Below, piece by piece: positions 7,953 through 13,460 of a stretch of 13,460 nt of DNA (position 1 is the stretch's first letter; the number at the start of each line of letters is the position of its first letter). The translations under genes and the position numbers were made by a program. Where the stretch lies: positions 1 through 13,460 of the forward strand of contig JBJHCF010000072.1 in assembly GCA_050506795.1 (NCBI GenBank), in the 5' to 3' direction. Source of the DNA: Opitutia bacterium (lineage in GTDB: Bacteria; Verrucomicrobiota; Verrucomicrobiia; Opitutales; T3Sed10-336). The notes below the pieces were generated by a model. That model worked only from the letters and a program-made list of their open reading frames with translations, was not told the DNA's origin and made no database searches.

Positions 7953-8444
7953 ATGAACCTGCACCGATCGATTCCCGGACGACACCGCCAGCGCGGATTC
8001 ACGCTCATTGAGATCGCCGCCGTCCTGATCCTGCTCGGGGTCCTGGCGGCCGGCGCTTTGAGCGTTTTGCCGCGTAACGATGCGGCCCTGGCGACGGAGG
8101 TCGATCGGTTGAGTTCGCATTTGCGTTACACCCAGATTCGCGCCCAGGCGGACACCCATCAGTGGCGTCTGGCGTTTATCGATACACAAACCTATCAACT
8201 CGGCCCGGTGGTGATTCCGGGCGCCGGGTTCACCCCAACTGTCGTTCCCGGCACCGGGGCGCTGCAACGGACCCTGACCGACGGCGTGACGGTCCCCGCC
8301 CAAACCGTGATTCGTTTCGATTCCTGGGGACGCCCTTTGACCGATGCCGGGATTCCCCTGGCTGCCAATCAGACCATCACCCTTTCCCAGGGCGGCGGGA
8401 ACGTCGCCATAATCATTAACGCGGATACCGGATTGATTCGATGA
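7953..8444 (+). CDS. Minor pilin, FimT/GspH/MshC-like
   Basis: RQRG|FTLIEIAAVLILLGVLAA; 'HLRYTQIRA'; C-terminal 'IRFDSWGRP...IIINADTGLIR'. Confidence 0.85.
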   Translation: MNLHRSIPGRHRQRGFTLIEIAAVLILLGVLAAGALSVLPRNDAALATEVDRLSSHLRYTQIRAQADTHQWRLAFIDTQTYQLGPVVIPGAGFTPTVVPGTGALQRTLTDGVTVPAQTVIRFDSWGRPLTDAGIPLAANQTITLSQGGGNVAIIINADTGLIR

Positions 8445-8875
8445 AAACGGGCCTGAGAACAAGGCTTTCACCGCGCCGGCGCGACCGGGGCGGCTGGTCC
8501 CTGATCGAGGTCATCGCGACCCTGGTCCTGGCCGCGCTGCTGGTGACCCTCATTCTCCCCCTCATCGGTTCCGGCATCGTCGGGGGGACGCGTCCCCTGC
8601 TGCGCATGCCGGAGACCCACAGCCTGCGCACGGAAATGGACTTCTGGTGGAACCAATACCGGTCCATTTACGGCGAAGATCTGCCCGCCCTTTCGGCCGC
8701 CATCAATGAAGGCGCGGCCAGTTCCCCTTACCAGGTGCTTTACAACGACTGGGTTGAGTTCGACGAGAACGGTGTCGAAGTGGAAACGCCCGGCAATACC
8801 GACAACAGTCTGCGCGTCACCCTGACCAACGCCCAGGGTGAAATGCTGACCGCCTATTTTTTCCCCATACCGTAA
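8441..8875 (+). CDS. Minor pilin, PilV/GspI/MshD position; Trp at +1
   Basis: RDRGG|WSLIEVIATLVLAALLVTLILP with E5; ATGA overlap upstream and TAATG overlap downstream. Confidence 0.82.
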   Translation: MKTGLRTRLSPRRRDRGGWSLIEVIATLVLAALLVTLILPLIGSGIVGGTRPLLRMPETHSLRTEMDFWWNQYRSIYGEDLPALSAAINEGAASSPYQVLYNDWVEFDENGVEVETPGNTDNSLRVTLTNAQGEMLTAYFFPIP

Positions 8876-9342
8876 TGAAAACCAGCAGGAACCAACGCGC
8901 CGCCGGCTTCACCCTGATCGAAATGATCGCGGTGCTGGCGCTGACCGCGATCATCCTGATCTTCGCGGCCATGTTGCTGGTGACTTCGGTCCAGGTGTTT
9001 ATCACCGGCATGAACGCCGCCGAGGATTCGCAAAAAGCCCAGGTGGCGATGAACCGTCTGGTGAAGGAGCTGACCTGGGCCCGCGCGGGAACCGTTGTCA
9101 CCGACGGCCCAAGCGTCGAATGGACCTCTTACCACCCCGAACGTATCGCCGCCGGCACCCAGATCGCCAGTTGGGACGGCACCCCGGGCTCCGACCTCCT
9201 GCTCGAGGGCAGACCTTTACTCGACAACGTGGGCGCCTTCCAGGTGTCCACCACGGTGGACACCGTCGTCATCTCGTTCCGCTCGGCCCGCAGCCCCGGT
9301 GTCACCCATACCACCCGCATCCACCCCCGCTATGAACAATAA
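8875..9342 (+). CDS. Minor pilin, PilW/GspJ/MshO-like
   Basis: RAAG|FTLIEMIAVLALTAIILIFAA; 'QKAQVAMNRLVKELTWA' helix; 'LLDNVGAFQV' C-terminal motif. Confidence 0.85.
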   Translation: MKTSRNQRAAGFTLIEMIAVLALTAIILIFAAMLLVTSVQVFITGMNAAEDSQKAQVAMNRLVKELTWARAGTVVTDGPSVEWTSYHPERIAAGTQIASWDGTPGSDLLLEGRPLLDNVGAFQVSTTVDTVVISFRSARSPGVTHTTRIHPRYEQ

Positions 9343-9377
9343 ACCGTAACTGCATCCTTCATCCGGAGACCCAAGCC

Positions 9378-10973
9378 ATGAACACAGAAACTTCCTCTCC
9401 TACGCGCGACCGCCTGCGCAACCGCCACGGAGGAACCTTGATCAGCATGATCGGGGTGATGCTGGTGCTGGGGGTGTTGGGAGTCTCCATCATCGCCTTC
9501 ACCCACAGCGCCGAGCACAGTCATCTCAGCGCCAACGCCGGGACCCGCGCCTACTACCTGGCGGAATCCGGGATACGTTATGCCCAGGAAGTCTTTTGCA
9601 CGGAGGGTTGGTTGCACGGACGCGAACAAACCCTTTCCCTGCAGGGAGGCGAGCAGGTGGACCTGGTCCGCGTCGCCAACAACTTCATCGCCGTCGCCAC
9701 CGCCAGTCCCGGCACCGCGCAGGAGGGACGAGCGCGGGTGCAAATGCCGCTGAGTCTTTGCGGGATGGATCCGAACGCGCCGCAGCCGACCGACAATTTC
9801 GCGATCTTCGGCGAAATCGGGGTCGCCCTGGGACAACGCACGCTGATCGAAGGCGACGTCGCCATTACCGACGGCGATGTCGACATTCAGGGGATCGTCG
9901 ATGGAAGCGTTCTGGCTCAAGACGTCAGTATGACCTCCAGAGACAGCGAGGTTTTCGGTCACATTTTCTCCTCCGGCGAGGTCGATGTCACCCGCGGAAC
10001 CGTATGGGGCGACATCCACTCCGCCGACGGCACCTCGATCGGCTCGCAGAGTATCGTTCATGGATTCCTGTTCTCCCAGGGAGACATTGAGATCAGCGCG
10101 GGCGCAACGGTGCACGGACAAATCCACGCCTGCAACGGCGACGTGCATGTCGGAGGCGGCGGCACCATCACCGAAACCGGCGAAATACGCGCTACCGGCG
10201 ATGTCTATCTGAGTGGCAACACCGTGGTGAACGGCGACGTCCATGCCGGCGGAAGTATTTACATGACTGGCACGGCGCGTATCGAGGGGAGTGCGTACGC
10301 CGGCGTTTCCATTGAAATGGGAAACAACAATGTTATCGTCGGCGGACAGCACGCTCCCACCCACCCCAAGGAGCCGTACTGTCCCGATCTCACCGACCTT
10401 GAAGATCTGGCACTCCCGGACCCGACGGAATTCACCGCGGGCGGCGACGACATTACCCTGGCGCGCGGGGACCATGTGTTCCTCCCTCCCGGCAGCTACG
10501 GTCAGCTTTCCATGCCGAACAACCCGCAGAACGACACCCGCCTTTACCTCAATGCCGGAGCCGATGACCACGGAGAGTATTACTTTGAAAGTGTCAGTTT
10601 CGGCGGCAACACCACGCTTTTCCTCGATCTGTCCGGCGACCACGATATCCGCATCTTTGTGGAAGGAAATATGGCGATCGAATCGAATATGGACTTTTAC
10701 ATCTCAACCGACGGAACGACCTACCACCAAATGGTCGATCCGGAAGTCGATCCGCAGATCGCCGCCCGAGTGTATTGGGAATCCCATGGCAACTTCAACC
10801 TGAAGTCCCACAGCAACTGGTTCGGATCCGTGTACACGCCGGACGGAAACCTCAGCGTCGGCAACACCAGCTTCCTCATCGGCTCGTTCTACAGCGGAGG
10901 CGGGCACAACATTACCGGCAGTCAGATCATTCACGTCGCGCCCAATTACTTCCTGGAGGAAGGATTCGAGTAA
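9378..10973 (+). CDS. Large PilX/GspK/MshP-like minor pilin fused to a beta-helical repeat domain (putative tip subunit)
   Basis: [22 protein letters not shown] lacking E5; '[13 protein letters not shown]' PilX N-terminal signature; about 17-18-aa [VI]xG-x-I-x-[AS]-x-G-x-[VI] repeats at about 9840-10346; RBS GGAG near 9365. Confidence 0.85.
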   Translation: MNTETSSPTRDRLRNRHGGTLISMIGVMLVLGVLGVSIIAFTHSAEHSHLSANAGTRAYYLAESGIRYAQEVFCTEGWLHGREQTLSLQGGEQVDLVRVANNFIAVATASPGTAQEGRARVQMPLSLCGMDPNAPQPTDNFAIFGEIGVALGQRTLIEGDVAITDGDVDIQGIVDGSVLAQDVSMTSRDSEVFGHIFSSGEVDVTRGTVWGDIHSADGTSIGSQSIVHGFLFSQGDIEISAGATVHGQIHACNGDVHVGGGGTITETGEIRATGDVYLSGNTVVNGDVHAGGSIYMTGTARIEGSAYAGVSIEMGNNNVIVGGQHAPTHPKEPYCPDLTDLEDLALPDPTEFTAGGDDITLARGDHVFLPPGSYGQLSMPNNPQNDTRLYLNAGADDHGEYYFESVSFGGNTTLFLDLSGDHDIRIFVEGNMAIESNMDFYISTDGTTYHQMVDPEVDPQIAARVYWESHGNFNLKSHSNWFGSVYTPDGNLSVGNTSFLIGSFYSGGGHNITGSQIIHVAPNYFLEEGFE

Positions 10974-10999
10974 CCGCGCCACACGTTCCCTCAGGCTTT

Positions 11000-13342
11000 A
11001 TGATAAAAAAACCGTTCTTCCATTCCTCGACTCTCCTGCTTTGCCTGGCGCTGTTTTCCTTTTACACCCTGGACGCCGCCGAAGAGTCTCTGAGCCAAGG
11101 TCCGATCTACTTCCAAAGCGCCATGACGGACGGCGGGCAACTGGCGGAAGGTGAGTTTGATTTTATCTTCACCCTGCACACCCGCGAAACCGGCGGCGAA
11201 CCCATCGGCGGCCCGATTGAAAAAACGAACGTTCCGGTCGAAGGCGGCATCTATTACGTGGTCCTGGATTTTTCCGGTGAAACGGATGAGCAGGCCGCCG
11301 AGGAGGAGTCTTCTCCCGTCCTGACCGACGGGGAAACGTTCTGGCTGGAAGTCTCGGTTCGCCCTGCGGGCACCGAAACCGAATTCACCACCCTGCATCC
11401 CCGGCAGGTCTTCACCCCCGTCCCCTATACCCGTTTTGTGGCGGCCCTCGCCGGACCGCGCGGCCCCGCAGGCGAGCCCGGTCCCCCGGGCCCGCAGGGC
11501 GAACCGGGTCCTCCCGGTCCCCAGGGAGATCCCGGACCTCCGGGCGAACGGGGCATCGAAGGACCCCAGGGACCCCGTGGAGAAATCGGCCCGCAAGGCG
11601 AACCCGGTCCTCGAGGGGAGCCGGGCATCGACGGGGAACAGGGTCCGCGGGGGCCCATCGGCCCGACCGGTCCGCAAGGCGAACCCGGCCCACGCGGCGC
11701 AACCGGACCCATCGGGCCGCGCGGACCCGAGGGCGAGGCCGGTCCTCAGGGTCCGGTGGGACCGATCGGGCCGCGCGGGGAAACCGGTGCGGTCGGACCC
11801 GTGGGGCCGGCGGGCCCCCAGGGCGCCTCGCCGTTTTCCCTGGAGGGTGACCACGCCGTTTTCACCCAGGGCAACGTCGGGATCGGCGCGCCGAGTTCCG
11901 GCGCCCGCCTGCATGTGAGCGGCCACCTGAGGCAAACCGACGGCACCTTCGCCGCCGGCCATCCGGAGAACGATGCCTCCGGGTTCCGCAGTTTTGTCAC
12001 CGGGGGCGGCAGCCCCTCCGGCGCGCCCATGCCGTCGATGGACCTGCCGAACGTCGCCAGCGGCCACGGGAGTTTTGCCGGCGGCGGAAGAGACAACACC
12101 GCCAGCGGCATTCGCAGTTTCGTCGGGGGAGGCAACAGCAACACCGCCGCCGACTATGAAGCCTTTGTGGGCGGCGGACACACCAACTCGGCCGCAGGCG
12201 CCTTCAGTTTTGTCGGCGGCGGCAGCAGCAACACCGCCGACGGCATCAACGCCTTCGTCGGGGGAGGCGCCGACAACCTCGCCGGCGAACAACGCAGTTT
12301 TGTGGGAGGCGGCACCGGCAACACCGCCACCGGACTGGAGTCCTTTGTCGCGGCCGGCCAGGCCAACACCGCCGGCGGCGCCCGCAGCTTCGCCGGAGGA
12401 GGCGCCGGCAACACCGCGGGGGGAAGCAACAGTTTTACCGGCGGGGGCTCGGGCAATGATGCCGGCGGCGAAGGCTCGGTCGCGGCCGGCGGCCAGAGAA
12501 ACACCGCCGAAGGCGCCCACAGCTTTGTCGGCGGAGGCGAAAACAACCGGGCCAGCGGCACGCGGTCCTTCGCCGCAGGAGGCCACGATAACGAAGCCCG
12601 CGGCGCCGCCAGCTTTGTCGCCGGCGGCCGCGGCAACACCGCCGAGGGGGTCGGCAGCTTCGCCGCCGGACGCCAGGCCAAAGCCCGGCACGACGGCGCC
12701 TTCGTCTGGGCCGACCAAACCCCGGAAGACTTTGCCAGCAGCGCCCGCAATCAGTTCCTCATCCGGGCCGACGGAGGCGTCGGCATCGGAACCGACACCC
12801 CCGGTCACGACTTGCATGTTCGTCAGGGCGCCAACGACAACACCGCCCCCGGCTTGGCCCTGGAAAGCGCCAACGGCGGCAAATGGGCGCTCTCGGTCGA
12901 AGAGTCGAACGAGTTGGCCTTTCGTTTCAACGACACCCTGATCGCGCGCATCGACCCGTCCGACGGCCGCTACCTGCAACTCTCCGACGCCAACCGCAAA
13001 ACCTCCATTCAACCCCTCGAACCCGTCCTCGACGCCTTCCTGCTCCTGGAACCAAGCAGCTACCGCCTGACCGGCCACCCCGAATCCGAAGAAAGGGCCA
13101 TCGGCTTGATCGCCCAGGAAGTGAAAGCCCTTTTCCCGGAAGCCGTATCCGGTTTCGAAGGACACTACACCATCGATTACAGCCGCATCGCCGTCCTCAC
13201 CACCGCCGCCCTGATCGAGTTGCACAACGAATACGAACACCGCCTCGCCGCCAAAGCCCAAGCCATCACCGAACTCACCCACCGCAACGCCGAAATCGAA
13301 GCCCGCCTAGAGCGGATCGAACGCCTGCTGGCGCAAGAGTGA
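11000..13342 (+). CDS. Secreted collagen-like / tail-fibre-domain protein with C-terminal peptidase S74 intramolecular chaperone (780 aa; start moved from 10775 to ATG 11000)
   Basis: Signal peptide [27 protein letters not shown]; 42 Gly-X-Y triplets; GNVGIG and GGVGIGT motifs; 15-aa repeats; S74 motifs SDANRK (Ser codon at 12983), [19 protein letters not shown]; terminal coiled coil. Confidence 0.88.
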   Translation: MIKKPFFHSSTLLLCLALFSFYTLDAAEESLSQGPIYFQSAMTDGGQLAEGEFDFIFTLHTRETGGEPIGGPIEKTNVPVEGGIYYVVLDFSGETDEQAAEEESSPVLTDGETFWLEVSVRPAGTETEFTTLHPRQVFTPVPYTRFVAALAGPRGPAGEPGPPGPQGEPGPPGPQGDPGPPGERGIEGPQGPRGEIGPQGEPGPRGEPGIDGEQGPRGPIGPTGPQGEPGPRGATGPIGPRGPEGEAGPQGPVGPIGPRGETGAVGPVGPAGPQGASPFSLEGDHAVFTQGNVGIGAPSSGARLHVSGHLRQTDGTFAAGHPENDASGFRSFVTGGGSPSGAPMPSMDLPNVASGHGSFAGGGRDNTASGIRSFVGGGNSNTAADYEAFVGGGHTNSAAGAFSFVGGGSSNTADGINAFVGGGADNLAGEQRSFVGGGTGNTATGLESFVAAGQANTAGGARSFAGGGAGNTAGGSNSFTGGGSGNDAGGEGSVAAGGQRNTAEGAHSFVGGGENNRASGTRSFAAGGHDNEARGAASFVAGGRGNTAEGVGSFAAGRQAKARHDGAFVWADQTPEDFASSARNQFLIRADGGVGIGTDTPGHDLHVRQGANDNTAPGLALESANGGKWALSVEESNELAFRFNDTLIARIDPSDGRYLQLSDANRKTSIQPLEPVLDAFLLLEPSSYRLTGHPESEERAIGLIAQEVKALFPEAVSGFEGHYTIDYSRIAVLTTAALIELHNEYEHRLAAKAQAITELTHRNAEIEARLERIERLLAQE
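11453..11830 (+). repeat. Collagen Gly-X-Y coding repeat, 42 uninterrupted triplets
   Basis: [15 protein letters not shown] ... GPA GPQ GAS; 378 bp counted in frame. Confidence 0.95.
11969..12679 (+). repeat. Degenerate 45-bp / 15-aa coding tandem repeat (N-x-A-x-G-x-x-S-F-V-G-G-G-x-x), 15 copies
   Basis: The first copy at 11969 carries a 12-aa insertion; 14 further copies start at exact 45-bp spacing from 12050 to 12635. Confidence 0.9.
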
Positions 13343-13460
13343 GACGCCCGCTAAAGCAGGGCGCTACGAGCTCCGCACTCCCGTAGCTCCGTGCTTCAGC
13401 CGGAGTTCCTTTCCCGAGAGCAGCCACCCGCACGCTGCACAGACGCCCGCTTATGTAAGG
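13342..13460. repeat. GTAG-type REP cluster: inverted pair plus a degenerate third copy running off the window
   Basis: Minus 13367-13345 GTAG-CGCCC-TGCTTTAGC-GGGCG; plus 13383-13405 GTAG-CTCCG-TGCTTCAGC-CGGAG; 13441-13460 matches 13342-13361 at 16/20 positions. Confidence 0.75.

Noticed and set aside
10464..10472. RGD integrin-binding motif in the PilX-like protein
   Set aside because: A single tripeptide is expected by chance in a Gly/Asp-rich 531-aa protein, and nothing supports a host context.
110..10973. Calling the cluster a type II secretion system
   Set aside because: In-cluster PilT, a PilA/MshA-like major pilin with a downstream hairpin and a PilX-type signature favour a pilus. 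A secretion role is still possible.
10775..10999. Upstream extension of the fibre ORF given by the ORF track
   Set aside because: It overlaps the PilX-like gene by about 200 bp and would bury the signal peptide that starts at ATG 11000.
12050..12679. CRISPR-like regularly spaced repeats
   Set aside because: The repeats are degenerate, in-frame 45-bp coding units with synonymous variation, not identical repeats with unique spacers.
11000..13342. Prophage remnant implied by the tail-fibre/S74 domain
   Set aside because: The protein has a Sec signal peptide and no other phage genes are present.
1..13460. Terminal inverted repeats bounding the whole window (TAAGCG at 1-6 versus CGCTTA at 13448-13453)
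   Set aside because: Only 6 bp match, the right-hand sequence is better explained as a decayed REP copy, and no transposase or integrase is present.

Overview
High-GC bacterial DNA carrying one co-directional (+ strand) type IV filament cluster with MSH-like gene order. In order: a 5'-truncated PilN-like remnant, PilO-like and MshK/PilP-like proteins, a lipoprotein secretin, a PilB/GspE/MshE extension ATPase, a PilC/GspF/MshG platform, a PilT retraction ATPase, an acidic major pilin followed by a 24-bp hairpin, three minor pilins, and a large PilX/GspK-like pilin fused to a beta-helix. The last gene, 26 bp further on, encodes a Sec-exported protein that looks like a trimeric fibre: N-terminal domain, 42 uninterrupted collagen triplets, fifteen 15-aa beta-repeats and an S74 intramolecular chaperone. 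The window ends in a GTAG-type REP cluster and begins with about 80-100 bp of lower-GC sequence that interrupts the first gene. The most interesting feature is a retractile pilus operon with a phage-tail-fibre-like collagen/S74 protein in the slot usually held by a PilY1/MshQ adhesin, powered by an ATPase with a degenerate MshEN c-di-GMP motif. All family assignments come from reading motifs by eye; no database search was run.
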